NCBI GenBank assembly: GCA_965218095.1
Contig: OZ244587.1
Location: 2,272,001-2,336,000, forward strand
DNA length: 64,000 nucleotides
DNA from: Candidatus Poribacteria bacterium
GTDB lineage: Bacteria; Poribacteria; WGA-4E; PCPOR2b
Direction: 5' to 3'
Shown: positions 19,377-29,149 of the stretch, piece by piece
How positions within the stretch are numbered: position 1 is the stretch's first letter
How the letters are laid out: every line of letters starts with the position of its first letter
Notes under the pieces: model-generated
Told to the model about the DNA's origin: nothing
The model's input: only the letters and a program-made list of their open reading frames with translations
The model's database searches: none
Made by a program: the position numbers and the translations under genes

Positions 19377-20342
19377 ATGAAACCGAAAGTATGGACGGAA
19401 GTGGAATTACATCCGGAAGCCTTGGCTCGACTACAGATCGAGACCGAAGTCATCACAAACGGTACACCGGATAATCTGGAGGGCGCCGATGCAGCCGTAA
19501 TCGGCCGCAGTCACGTTGACGGCGCGTTTCTCGATTATGCCGGGCCGAACCTGAAGCTGGTCATCCGGCATGGGATCGGCTACAACGCGGTTGATGTGCC
19601 GGCCGCTACCGAGCGGGGAATTCTTGCGGCAAACACACCCGATGGCCCCACGGAAAGCGCGGCTGAACATGCCGTTGCTCTCCTGCTGGCGATCGCCAAG
19701 CGCGTTGCTAAATCCGATTGGGTCTTGCGTACCAACCAACCATGGACGCGCCCCGACTTGCGCGGCACCGAGGTGCTTGGCCAACTGTTGGGCGTCGTCG
19801 GCTACGGACGTATCGGCCGTCGCGTCACCGAAATCTGCATGCTGGGACTGAAAATGCGGGTGATCGTCTATGACCCGTACCTGACCAAAGCGCCGGAAAT
19901 GCCCGAAGGCGTCAAAATGGTGGACAATCTGGATGAGTTGTTATCACAGGCGGACTTTGTCACCCTCCACACGCCCTTATCGCCGGATACTCACCACCTA
20001 ATCGGCGAACGCGAACTCCGACTGATGAAACCTGACTCGTATCTGATCAATGCCAGTCGCGGCCCAGTTGTGGACGAGGTGGCTTTGATTCGTGCCCTTG
20101 AGGATAGGCGCCTGGCCGGCGCCGGCTTGGATGTGTTCGAGATCGAGCCGCCGGAGCCAGACAACCCGTTGCTGCGTATGGCCAACGTGGTTGCCACGCC
20201 CCACGTTGCCAGCAACACGCCCCAAGGGAGTTGGCGCATGTCCCAGAGTGTTGTGGACCAGGTCCTGCAAGTATTGGCCGGTAAACGCCCACCACATCTC
20301 CTTGATTCGACTGCCTGGCCAGGTCGGGTTGGGGCGTCATAA
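19377..20342 (+). CDS. D-isomer-specific 2-hydroxyacid dehydrogenase (SerA-like)
   Basis: RHGIGYNAVD, VGYGRIG, DFVTLHTP, INASRGPVVDE, GLDVFEIEP, TPHVA. Confidence 0.92.
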   Translation: MKPKVWTEVELHPEALARLQIETEVITNGTPDNLEGADAAVIGRSHVDGAFLDYAGPNLKLVIRHGIGYNAVDVPAATERGILAANTPDGPTESAAEHAVALLLAIAKRVAKSDWVLRTNQPWTRPDLRGTEVLGQLLGVVGYGRIGRRVTEICMLGLKMRVIVYDPYLTKAPEMPEGVKMVDNLDELLSQADFVTLHTPLSPDTHHLIGERELRLMKPDSYLINASRGPVVDEVALIRALEDRRLAGAGLDVFEIEPPEPDNPLLRMANVVATPHVASNTPQGSWRMSQSVVDQVLQVLAGKRPPHLLDSTAWPGRVGAS

Positions 20343-20359
20343 CAACGTAGCAAGATACA

Positions 20360-20529
20360 TAAAGGACAAGAACTATAATCGACAGAACCTGAGCGAGATT
20401 CAGATGGGCGTTGTGTTGCTGGAAGTTCAAAGCAATCGCTACGAGAATTTGGCACCACTGATGGATCAAGTGAATGCCGTTAGACTAACGGTTGACGATT
20501 CGATTAAACCAACGATTATCCAAGCCTAG
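20360..20529 (+). pseudogene. C-terminal remnant of a DUF5615/PIN-like toxin
   Basis: DKNYNRQNLSEIQMGVVLLEVQSNRYENLAPLM resembles the DUF5615 C-terminus; no start. Confidence 0.45.
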
Positions 20530-20759
20530 GTGTAAAGATGGTAGAGATCCAACCAATTTTCGTGTTGACGAAGAGTCTTAATACCGTATCATACAGTCGA
20601 GATGTACTTTCCATCTGACCTCCATCGTCAAGTTTACATCATATTTTTCCTGTAATGGAAAGTCGCATCCCTCCTTTTGTTGCCTATGCTGAAGTGATTT
20701 TTGTCAGTCAATCAGGTAGGTGCCGCTAGAGAATTCACATCGTCTACTAAGGAGTTGCC

Positions 20760-21533
20760 ATGTACCGTTTATCTGTGTGTGCAGGCACGGTCCTGCAAAA
20801 CATGCCTTTTGAGCAGCGCGTCACAGAAATTGCCCGGGCAGGGTTTCTGGTCGATCTATGGAGTTGGGAAGAGAGCGCCATTGATACCATTGCTGCCGAT
20901 CCCAATATCGAAATCAGTGCTATCCCGGGTTGGATCGGCGGGAGCATGGTTCATCCCGATGGCGTCGAGTCGTATCTGGAGGGGGTTGCGAAGAATCTCG
21001 ACATCGCTCAAAAGCTGAAGTGCCGGAATCTGGGTATCACGACCGGCGCGCTTGACGAAAGAGGTCAGATGGCCCATCCTGTTGCGGAACATCCGGCCAC
21101 CCGGTGGATCACCGCTTACAAGGCGCTTTGCCAGGTGGCAGAGCTAGCCGAAAAGCACAATGTTGTATACCACTTGGAGCAACTGAATACGAAGGTGGAT
21201 CACGCTGGATATCCGTTTCCAAACACGGCGGATGTCGTAAAACTGCTCGATGAGGTGGACAGCCCGCGTATTAAGCTGCTTTGCGATGTCTATCACATCC
21301 AGATCCAGGAGGGCAATGTCATCCAAACGATTCGAGACTATTACGACAGCATCGGCAATATCCACGTGGCTGATGTGCCGGGCCGCCATGAACCGGGCAC
21401 AGGCGAGATTAACTATCGGGAAGTTGTCCGTGTCCTACGAGAACTGAACTACGAGGGCATCATTGGCCTGGAAGCATTCCCCCAAAACGACGATGCCCAG
21501 GCCATGGCCCGCTTTCGGGACACCTTTTCATGA
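20760..21533 (+). CDS. Hydroxypyruvate isomerase-like TIM barrel protein
   Basis: LEQLNTKVDHAGY, DVYHIQIQEGN, HVADVPGRHEPGTGEINY, IGLEA. Confidence 0.88.
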   Translation: MYRLSVCAGTVLQNMPFEQRVTEIARAGFLVDLWSWEESAIDTIAADPNIEISAIPGWIGGSMVHPDGVESYLEGVAKNLDIAQKLKCRNLGITTGALDERGQMAHPVAEHPATRWITAYKALCQVAELAEKHNVVYHLEQLNTKVDHAGYPFPNTADVVKLLDEVDSPRIKLLCDVYHIQIQEGNVIQTIRDYYDSIGNIHVADVPGRHEPGTGEINYREVVRVLRELNYEGIIGLEAFPQNDDAQAMARFRDTFS

Positions 21534-21587
21534 TCCGGTTGTCATCCAGGGATGGGGTATTCCGGTCGACTTTTGAAGGAGGCTTAT

Positions 21588-22583
21588 ATGAAACTTGGTG
21601 TAATCTCGCAGAACCTGATGCAGTTTGAATTTGAGGAAGGGCTCCAATATGCGCAAAATCTGGGGCTAAATGCGGTGGAAGTCGGCGCGCTGGGACTTTG
21701 GGGCCGAGGCTATTGCAACGTTGAAAAACTCGTCGCGGACCCGGGTGAGATACGCCGGTGGCTGGATGCGTTTGCCCGCTACGAGCTTGAGATCAGCGCC
21801 CTCGGTGGCCACGGCGCACCACTGATGCCGGACAAAGCAGTCACCGACAAATACTCGCAGGAGTTTCGACAAACCTGCAAGCTCATGGAAATGGCTGGCC
21901 TCCGGCGCATGACCACCCTTGCCGGCCTACCCGAAGGCGCCGAGGGAGACAAGAGTCCGAACTGGGTGACGTTTGCCGATTTGCCTTTCCTGCACGAAAC
22001 GCTCCAGTGGCAATGGGAGCAGCGCTTGCTGCCCTATTGGCGTGAACATGGGAAGATTGCCGCAGATCACGGCGTCACTTTATGCTTCGAAATGCACGGC
22101 GGTGACTTGATTCACAATCCGGTCACACTCATGCGGTTTCGAGAGGAAATTGGACCGGTCGTCGCCTGTAATCTCGATGTGTCACACTTGTGGTTCCAAG
22201 GCATCGACCCGGTCGAAGCGGTCCGGTTTCTCGGTGACGCCATCCAGCACGTGCACGCCAAGGACACGCATATTCACCCCCACAACCTTTGCCTACGCGG
22301 ATACCACGACTCCTCATCTGCGACGCAGAACGACCAGCGCCCCTGGACGTTCACAATCCCCGGATGGGGGCACGACGCAACGGAATGGCGTGCCTTCGTC
22401 ACGGCGCTGCGCTTGGCAGACTACGACCATGTGCTGTCGATTGAAATGGAGTGTGAATACATCAACGTCGAGGAGGGTCTTGAGAAATCCGTCGAATTCC
22501 TCAAGCCGATTGTGCTTGAGAAACCACCCGGCGCAAAATGGTGGGAGATCGCCGGCATGAGCGACGCTGGCAGTTTGTATTGA
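21588..22583 (+). CDS. Sugar phosphate isomerase/epimerase (xylose isomerase-like TIM barrel)
   Basis: CFEMHG, NLDVSHLWFQGIDP, HVHAKD, YDHVLSIEME. Confidence 0.88.
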   Translation: MKLGVISQNLMQFEFEEGLQYAQNLGLNAVEVGALGLWGRGYCNVEKLVADPGEIRRWLDAFARYELEISALGGHGAPLMPDKAVTDKYSQEFRQTCKLMEMAGLRRMTTLAGLPEGAEGDKSPNWVTFADLPFLHETLQWQWEQRLLPYWREHGKIAADHGVTLCFEMHGGDLIHNPVTLMRFREEIGPVVACNLDVSHLWFQGIDPVEAVRFLGDAIQHVHAKDTHIHPHNLCLRGYHDSSSATQNDQRPWTFTIPGWGHDATEWRAFVTALRLADYDHVLSIEMECEYINVEEGLEKSVEFLKPIVLEKPPGAKWWEIAGMSDAGSLY

Positions 22584-22622
22584 CCCGGGTTGGATGAAGT
22601 GCAAATAAACACCTGAAAACTT

Positions 22623-22716
22623 AGTGGTTCACCAGTCCGGGTTGATAGACCTGATAGGTTTTTGCAACCTGTCAGATTTGGGGTCACCCCCTGTATGAAT
22701 TTAAGAAATAGACCTC
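22623..22716. repeat. Degenerate family-A MITE with CCTGA(C/T)AGG palindrome
   Basis: AGACCTGATAGGTTTTTGCAACCTGTCAGATTT (22647-22679) followed by CCCTGTATGAATTTAAGAAATAGACC, similar to 201-227. Confidence 0.5.
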
Positions 22717-22757
22717 TTAGAAACTATCAAAACTCTAATCTGAAGGAGGACATCTAC

Positions 22758-23471
22758 ATGAATATCGAACTTGAATGGGTATTTCTGGCGTGTTTCCGTC
22801 TGTGGCAGGACGGACGTCCTTATTTGGTGACCGACCCGGGAACGCCGTCGGTCCTGGGCATCGGCCGCGACGAGCCACAATTGGAAGGTGAAGTGGTGAT
22901 CGCCAGTTCGCTGATCGACAAAGGACATTACTTTCCCGGTCTCGTGTACAGCAATCCCCAGGTAATCAACGCCTGGGACGTCGCCCGAGGTCAAGCCGAA
23001 GCGGAGATCAACGGCAAACCGATCGTCGCCGTCGAGGCAGCGGAGGCTCCCGAGCACCCAGAAGGCGCCGATCCCAATGCGTTGTACGCTTTTGAGGCCG
23101 GTGACCTCTGGTTCCTGCACATGGGCGATCTCGGCTACGGCTTAGACGCTGACCAGCTCAAGCCTTTCAGCGGCAAGTGTGACGTCCTGCTGGCCATCAC
23201 AGGTGAAAAGTTAACCCTGAAACTCGATGAACTCGATGCCATGATCGACATTCTCCAACCCAAATGGATCATCCCTATGCACTACAACGTTCCGCCCATC
23301 GATTTCGGGCTAACAACGCTTGACGTTTTTCTCAGGCGCCGTCCCCGCGATCCGGTAGTCATTACCCGGCGACACACGGTGCAGTTTCCACTGCCGCAGG
23401 TGAAAGCCGATCGGCCAACCATTGTCGTGCTGGAACCGTCAGGGTACTCGCCGACGAGTTCCAGCATTTGA
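22758..23471 (+). CDS. MBL-fold metallo-hydrolase-like protein (degenerate metal motif)
   Basis: ACFRL..VTDP, FLHMGDLG, PKWIIPMHY; HxHxDH replaced by SSLIDKGH. Confidence 0.75.
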   Translation: MNIELEWVFLACFRLWQDGRPYLVTDPGTPSVLGIGRDEPQLEGEVVIASSLIDKGHYFPGLVYSNPQVINAWDVARGQAEAEINGKPIVAVEAAEAPEHPEGADPNALYAFEAGDLWFLHMGDLGYGLDADQLKPFSGKCDVLLAITGEKLTLKLDELDAMIDILQPKWIIPMHYNVPPIDFGLTTLDVFLRRRPRDPVVITRRHTVQFPLPQVKADRPTIVVLEPSGYSPTSSSI

Positions 23472-23813
23472 ACTGATAGCGAGTAAGACGTTCTATTGCC
23501 CTGTTACCCTGAACCCTTCACTAGCGGAAGGCGGCAAGATGGGCGCTATAGGAGAACACTCGCCCGGACAGGCGGAAATCTGCTATCGACTCAACGTGAA
23601 ATTGCAGCAGAGGATAGACCGACGTATTCGCGATGCCAGGGCGGACGAAAGGATTTTCTTCCTTCCCACTGGTCGAGGCCCTGGCCAATCGCGGCGCCGA
23701 TTTCCAAAAAGGCTTGAGCGAACATACGCGCCAAATCGAGTGGAAGGCATGGGAACATTCCAAAGCCTGAGGTATCGACTTGATGAGCCAACTCAATGAG
23801 GAGGGGTACACCT

Positions 23814-24431
23814 ATGAGGGTTAACACGCAAGAAATCATGGACAAAGGCTACATCATCCTCCAGCAAGTGATTCCGCTAGACATACTGGAGGAGTTGCGC
23901 CGGAGCTTTGAGGAGTTGGTCCACCGGGAGTGGCCGGATGGGCTGTCTGATGGGCACCAACAGCCGCGCATCCATGGTTTCCAGAAACATATCAATGAGG
24001 TCACGGCTAGCACGGTGGAATTCTGTTTGCACGAGAACACACTGGATGTGTGCCGTCAACTATTGCGGGCACAGGAATGCGACGCCGTCGAAGCCGTGTT
24101 TCGCGCTATCATCAACAAGGACGAAGACGGCTTTCGCGAAGGGCTGGCCACACTGCATCCGGGCGCAACCGGACGTTGCGTGTGTTTGATTCATCTGTGC
24201 AAGATCGCCCAGCGCGTGCAGCAGGGCAATGACCGGGAATACAGCCCGCGCTTCAACCCGGAGGAGATCCAGATGCTGTGGAAACGCTTTGCACCTCTTG
24301 ACGAAGCGCTCCAGGCAGACGAAGAACAGTACATACCCGGTTTCCTGGCTCGCAGTCCAAGCCGTTACCGGTTTTACGATTTACCCAAGGATTTTGACAT
24401 TGACCCGTTCGTTGCCAGTTGGGAAAACTGA
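23814..24431 (+). pseudogene. PhyH-family protein with apparent in-frame internal deletion of the catalytic core
   Basis: PhyH-like N-terminus (DKGYIILQQVIP..FCLHENTLDVCRQLL) joined directly to a C-terminal domain; no HxD or distal His. Confidence 0.55.
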
Positions 24432-24446
24432 GATAGGGAGAACATT

Positions 24447-25391
24447 ATGAGTCACTACGACGACGTACGCAACCGAATTCACCGTCAGATGGTACCCTTG
24501 CCTATTCTGTATCGCGACGATTATTCGATCGACCATGCCGGGCTGGCCAAATATGTCGCCTGGCACATGGAGAACGACACCAGAAATTTTTGTTTGACGT
24601 TCACCTACAGCCAGCTCGATTTTATCACGCCTCAAGAGATTGTAGACGTGACGCGCACGGTGATGGAGGTCGTGCGCGACGACGCGGTATTCATCCCCTG
24701 CACGGGTGGCGGACCATTGCATGTGGCGATCGAGACGGTGCAGGCATTCGAGAAGATCGGGGCGCCAGCAGCGTTTGTGCATCTGCCGGAACACTGTCTG
24801 CAAAACGCCTTTCAGTGCGGTGAGCTCTACGTGAAATACATCCGCGACGTGGCCAGAGAAACCACAATCCCCCTCCTTGCGGTGGCTCTGGGAATACCCG
24901 GGACGACCCCTCGGCAGACCATGTTGCCCGTGAAGTTCCTCGAAGACCTCTGCGAAGAGGAACAATTCATCGGCATCAAGGACGACATCTACATTCTGGC
25001 CAATCGCCTAGAACTGGTGCAAAAATTATCCGGACGCGTGGGCATCACCGGCGGTGGTATGTTCACCCACTACATCTTCTTCCACCACTGGCCCAACCAA
25101 GGTGAATTCGCCGGGATCTACAATCCCAAACGTGGCCAGCGCATGTTCGAATTGCTCGACGAAAACAACTACCTGGAAGTCCTCAAGATGATAGAGGAGG
25201 ACGGACAGAGCGGCTCCTCACTGCCGGGCATCCACTGGATGGCGAAAAATCAGGTCGTGTTTTACGGGATGGGTTTTGCCGAGACGTATCGCATGCGACC
25301 TCCGATTGCCTCGGCCACCGAAGAACAGGCCAGGGCCATCATTGAATACATGCACCAGGCGCCGACACTTTTTGAGCGTGTCGCCCGATGA
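24447..25391 (+). CDS. Dihydrodipicolinate synthase/N-acetylneuraminate lyase family aldolase (divergent)
   Basis: DYSIDHAGLAKYVAWH, FIGIKDD (Schiff-base Lys), MRPPI. Confidence 0.75.
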   Translation: MSHYDDVRNRIHRQMVPLPILYRDDYSIDHAGLAKYVAWHMENDTRNFCLTFTYSQLDFITPQEIVDVTRTVMEVVRDDAVFIPCTGGGPLHVAIETVQAFEKIGAPAAFVHLPEHCLQNAFQCGELYVKYIRDVARETTIPLLAVALGIPGTTPRQTMLPVKFLEDLCEEEQFIGIKDDIYILANRLELVQKLSGRVGITGGGMFTHYIFFHHWPNQGEFAGIYNPKRGQRMFELLDENNYLEVLKMIEEDGQSGSSLPGIHWMAKNQVVFYGMGFAETYRMRPPIASATEEQARAIIEYMHQAPTLFERVAR

Positions 25392-25462
25392 ATGGGAACC
25401 AGTAAAATACCAGCACGAGGGGCTCAATAATCTTCAAATCGCTGGAAACCAACAACGCAGCA

Positions 25463-25838
25463 TTATGCTATTGCTTGCCGAATCGCTTCCCGAAACGCTG
25501 CCAGCATGACAGGTTTTTCCACAATGACCGTGACGTCTGATGGTTTCTCATGAAGCGGGGTTGCCGTCACCATGATAATTGGGATATCAGGAAACCTCTG
25601 CTAGATAGTGGCTGACAATTGTTCGCTGTCCATTCCGGGCATGTACCTGTCTGTGACCACCGTATCGAACTTCCCCACTTTGAATGTCTCAAATCCGTCA
25701 CGACCGTTGGTCGTGGTCTCGACCGTATGCTTATCGTGGGTTAAGAATGCCGCCATGAGCGCCTGGACGATGGGGTCGTCATTGACAATCAGAAGATGCA
25801 GTGAATGGAAAAGGTCTTTCTTTCACTTGCTTGCCCAC
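25463..25838 (-). pseudogene. CheY-like response regulator receiver, degraded
   Basis: LLIVNDDPIV..VVTDRYMPGMD..I*QRFPDIPIIMVTA..EKP; in-frame TAG at 25601-25603 and a frameshift near the GTG start. Confidence 0.7.
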
Positions 25839-26280
25839 GTCAAATCACCTCCGTCTCTCGAATCTTTCTTGAGGAGCGGTCTCAGGGGGCAGACATGCTA
25901 CATCTATGAGAGGGGCAAGTTTTATACCGGAGATGAACTCAGGCAGGCAAGCCGCCGGAAAGGGCATACACAAAGGGAATAGCACAGAGGTGGCAAGCGA
26001 CCAGTCGGGCGGGACCGTTTGGTTGCATAATGCGCTCTACAAGTCGGTACAGGGACGTAATGGATGCACACACCCGGATTTGAGAAGGGTGAAAGCCGTG
26101 TATCATTTTGTGTCCACTTATCAACCCCGGAGTTACATGTCCAAACGGGCAATTCCAATAACGAGACTGCTCGGAGAACCGTCCATGCAGCACGTATTCA
26201 GGCTACACATGAATCTATCATAGGCTATTGACCGTTTCAAGAAAAACACAAGCTGCTTTGCGACACAAAGCTGCACCAAC

Positions 26281-26316
26281 AAAAAAAGCCCCTTCCATAC
26301 AAAAATGAAAAGGGCT
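26281..26316 (-). terminator. Putative rho-independent terminator after the tRNA pair
   Basis: AGCCCTTT..GGGGCT stem followed by a T run on the minus strand. Confidence 0.5.
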
Positions 26317-26324
26317 AACATGAG

Positions 26325-26399
26325 TGTCCCCGACGGGATTTGAACCCGTGTCGCTGGCGTGAAAGGCCAGTGTCCTTGACCAGGCTAGACGACGGGGAC
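26325..26399 (-). tRNA. tRNA-Glu (TTC)
   Basis: GTCCCCG acceptor stem, anticodon loop CTTTCAC, GGTTCAAATCCC T-arm; CCA not encoded. Confidence 0.95.
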
Positions 26400-26402
26400 A
26401 AG

Positions 26403-26478
26403 TGGTGAGCCGTACAGGAATCGAACCTGTGACCACCTGATTAAAAGTCAGATGCTCTACCTGCTGAGCTAACGGCCC
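26403..26478 (-). tRNA. tRNA-Lys (TTT)
   Basis: GGGCCGTTAGCTCAG..CTTTTAA loop..GGTTCGATTCC..ACCA, 76 nt. Confidence 0.97.
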
Positions 26479-26512
26479 TCATGGCTATAAACCTTAACCA
26501 AAAAGAGGGTAA

Positions 26513-26541
26513 ATAATACTGAATTTGTCGGCAAATGTCAA
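26513..26541 (-). promoter_or_regulatory. sigma70 promoter of the tRNA operon
   Basis: TTGACA-17 bp-TATTAT. Confidence 0.7.
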
Positions 26542-26740
26542 CCTGAAAACATTGAAATTTCCCCACGCATAAGAAATCAGGTCGAAATAACTTTCTGAAG
26601 GTTGATGGCGCCGCGTCAATTTTCGGTCAGACTCGTTGACAAACTTTCTGAAGGTTTCTTACCCTGCTCTAGTTTTACTGAAAACACACATCAACAAAAG
26701 ACAAAAATTCCATCAACAAAGTCAGCCCGATCAAAACAGG

Positions 26741-26796
26741 CTATCATCGCAGACTATCATCGCAGACTATCATCGCAGACTATCATCGCAGACTAT
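26741..26796. repeat. 13-bp tandem repeat (CTATCATCGCAGA)x4.3 overlapping the purA stop
   Basis: Four identical units at 26741, 26754, 26767 and 26780, plus CTAT. Confidence 0.95.
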
Positions 26797-28053
26797 TGTT
26801 TGCGCCCTCTCTTTTCCAACAGAGACAATCGCAACAGGCACATTGAGAAATTCAGCGATGTAAGCGATATATCGCTTTGCGTTTGTGGGCAGCTCTTCGT
26901 ATCGACGCACATCTGCGGTAGACTGTTTCCAGCCGGGCAGCGTTTGGTATATCGGCTCACACTCCTCAAGCACGCGCAGACTACTTGGAAACGCCGTGAT
27001 GGCTTTACCACGCCGCTGATAGGCAACGCAGATCTGAATCTCATCAAGGCGATCTAAGACATCGAATTTCGTCAAAACGAGACCGGTGAAGCCGTTGATT
27101 TGGGCAGCGTAGCACAGGGCGACAAGGTCAAGCCACCCACAGCGGCGTGCGCGTTGTGTTGTTGCACCGTACTCCTCACCGATGCGACGAATCTCTTCAT
27201 CCAGATCTGGTGGCATTTCTGTTGGGAATGGGCCACCCCCAACGCGGGTCACATAAGCTTTTGAAACACCCAGAACCCAATCTATTGCTTGGGGCCCAAT
27301 ACCAAGCCCTGTACACACGGCTCCAACAGTGGTGTTGGACGAAGTGACGTAAGGATATGTCCCGAAATCAATGTCTAGCATCGTTCCCTGGGCGCCTTCA
27401 AAAAGCATCCGCTTCCCCGCTTTGAGCGCATCATTTAGAAATTCAGGGGTATCGACGGCATACTTTGCGAGTCGCTGAGAATATCCGTAATATTCCTCCA
27501 ATAAGGCGTGTCTATCGATTTCGCCGCCAATTTGATCGAGGACATAATCCTTTGCTGCAAGATTGAAGTCCAGTTTCTTCTGAAAGAGATCGAACTCAAG
27601 CAGATCTGCAACCCGTATCCCCGCATGGCGATTCATCTTATCGGAATACGTCGGACCAATTCCCCGCGAGGTTGTGCCAAGTTTCAACCCACTCCCGAAG
27701 TCGTCCCACGATTCCATGATCTTGTGATAAGGCAAAATTAAGTGCGCACGCGAGCTAATCTTCAGACGGTCTCCAACTTCGACGCCACGCGCCTGCAAAT
27801 CATCGATTTCGTCGAAAAGCGTCTCCAAATTGATGACTACACCGTTGCCAATCACATTCACCGTATGAGGACGGAGCAGGCCAGAAGGGAGCAAATGGAA
27901 GACGAACTTCTCCTCTCCGACAACGATAGTATGGCCCGCGTTATCGCCTCCCTGATACCGTGCAACAATATTAGCTGTCTCAGCAAGGAAATCAGTTGTC
28001 CCTCCCTTGCTTTCATCACCCCACTGGGCGCCCAATATGACCGTATTCGCCAT
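26770..28053 (-). CDS. purA: Adenylosuccinate synthetase
   Basis: GAQWGDESKG, YQGGDNAGHT, FEGAQG, GTYPYVTSSN, RRCGWLD. Confidence 0.98.
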   Translation of the reverse strand: MANTVILGAQWGDESKGGTTDFLAETANIVARYQGGDNAGHTIVVGEEKFVFHLLPSGLLRPHTVNVIGNGVVINLETLFDEIDDLQARGVEVGDRLKISSRAHLILPYHKIMESWDDFGSGLKLGTTSRGIGPTYSDKMNRHAGIRVADLLEFDLFQKKLDFNLAAKDYVLDQIGGEIDRHALLEEYYGYSQRLAKYAVDTPEFLNDALKAGKRMLFEGAQGTMLDIDFGTYPYVTSSNTTVGAVCTGLGIGPQAIDWVLGVSKAYVTRVGGGPFPTEMPPDLDEEIRRIGEEYGATTQRARRCGWLDLVALCYAAQINGFTGLVLTKFDVLDRLDEIQICVAYQRRGKAITAFPSSLRVLEECEPIYQTLPGWKQSTADVRRYEELPTNAKRYIAYIAEFLNVPVAIVSVGKERAQTIVCDDSLR

Positions 28054-28100
28054 GGCTCATATCCTCAAATGAAGTCCGATCTTCGATCGAGGTTGGCTCT

Positions 28101-28496
28101 CTAACGCTTGGAAAATTGGTATCGTGCCCGTGCGCCTTTTTGTCCATATTTTTTGCGTTCAACCATACGCGGGTCACGAGTGAGAAACCCTGCTTTTTTA
28201 AGAGCAGGTTTCAAAGATTCATCCGCCTTAACAAGGGCGCGTGAAAGGCCGTGCAAAATTGCTCCAGCTTGCCCTGAAACCCCGCCGCCATGTGCGTTGA
28301 CGATAACATCAAACTCGCTGCCTTTTTTCGTTAACTCGGTGGGTTGTTTTGCGAGCATGATCAGATCTTCCCGACCAAAATACTCTTCAATCGGTTTTTT
28401 GTTGACGACGAATTGACCAGAGCCTCCTGGAATTATTCGGACACGCGCAACGGCATTTTTACGCCGTCCTGTTCCCCAATACTGTTCTATAGTCAT
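28101..28496 (-). CDS. rpsI: 30S ribosomal protein S9
   Basis: [41 protein letters not shown]. Confidence 0.99.
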   Translation of the reverse strand: MTIEQYWGTGRRKNAVARVRIIPGGSGQFVVNKKPIEEYFGREDLIMLAKQPTELTKKGSEFDVIVNAHGGGVSGQAGAILHGLSRALVKADESLKPALKKAGFLTRDPRMVERKKYGQKGARARYQFSKR

Positions 28497-28513
28497 ACTT
28501 TCTCCTTTTGAAA

Positions 28514-28948
28514 TTATATTTCCAAAATTTCCGGTCGCTGCGCCTGGTGAGGGTGGTTTGGACCAACATAGATTTTTAGCTTTTTGATCAGTTTACGACC
28601 CAGGCGATTTTTGGGGAGCATCCCTTTGACTGCATGTCGCAAGATTTCTTCAGGTTTTCTCTGCATCTGCTCTTCAAAAGTCCTCACCTTCCCCCCACCG
28701 GGGTAACCGCTATAACGAAAGTATGTTTTTTGTGTTGCTTTGTTGCCTGTGACGACGACCTTTTCCGCATTAATCACAGCAACGCGATAACCCATATCAG
28801 CATGTGAAGTAAAAGTTGGGTGATGTTTCCCTCGAAGCACCATCGCAATTTGAGTGGCTAAACGTCCGAGGACCTTCCCATTGGCATCCACAACATACCA
28901 TTTGAAGTCCCTATCGGATCCGACAAAAGATGTTTTCATTCTAAGCAT
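28514..28948 (-). CDS. rplM: 50S ribosomal protein L13
   Basis: [39 protein letters not shown]. Confidence 0.99.
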   Translation of the reverse strand: MLRMKTSFVGSDRDFKWYVVDANGKVLGRLATQIAMVLRGKHHPTFTSHADMGYRVAVINAEKVVVTGNKATQKTYFRYSGYPGGGKVRTFEEQMQRKPEEILRHAVKGMLPKNRLGRKLIKKLKIYVGPNHPHQAQRPEILEI

Positions 28949-29149
28949 GATATAACCCTCAACAACTTCCTGCCACATCGTGGCGGGGGATTTTCGACAA
29001 GTAACTATAATCTCAGGATTGCTCATCCTGCAATGGCAGATGTGCAACAAAGATTGCTATAACGCTGACACCAGGCACAACAGCTTGAAATAGTATCATT
29101 AAGGCAATTACTTTGTCAAGGTTTGATTCCTTACAAATTCAAAAAAGTA

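Noticed and set aside
23422-23799. 125-aa ORF between the MBL and PhyH genes
   Set aside because: No RBS or recognisable motif; it looks like a decayed gene tail and cannot be assigned.
25940-26020. c-di-GMP-I (GEMM) riboswitch-like GGCAAG..GAAA..CAAAG
   Set aside because: Stem pairing and the GACGCAAA and second-hairpin consensus are poor, and there is no downstream gene on that strand. An Infernal search would be needed to revive it.
25840-26325. Prophage or integrative element at the tRNA-Glu 3' end
   Set aside because: No integrase, phage genes or duplicated tRNA 3' end (att site) was found in the window.
26741-26796. CRISPR array
   Set aside because: The 13-bp units are directly adjacent with no spacers, and there are no cas genes in the window.
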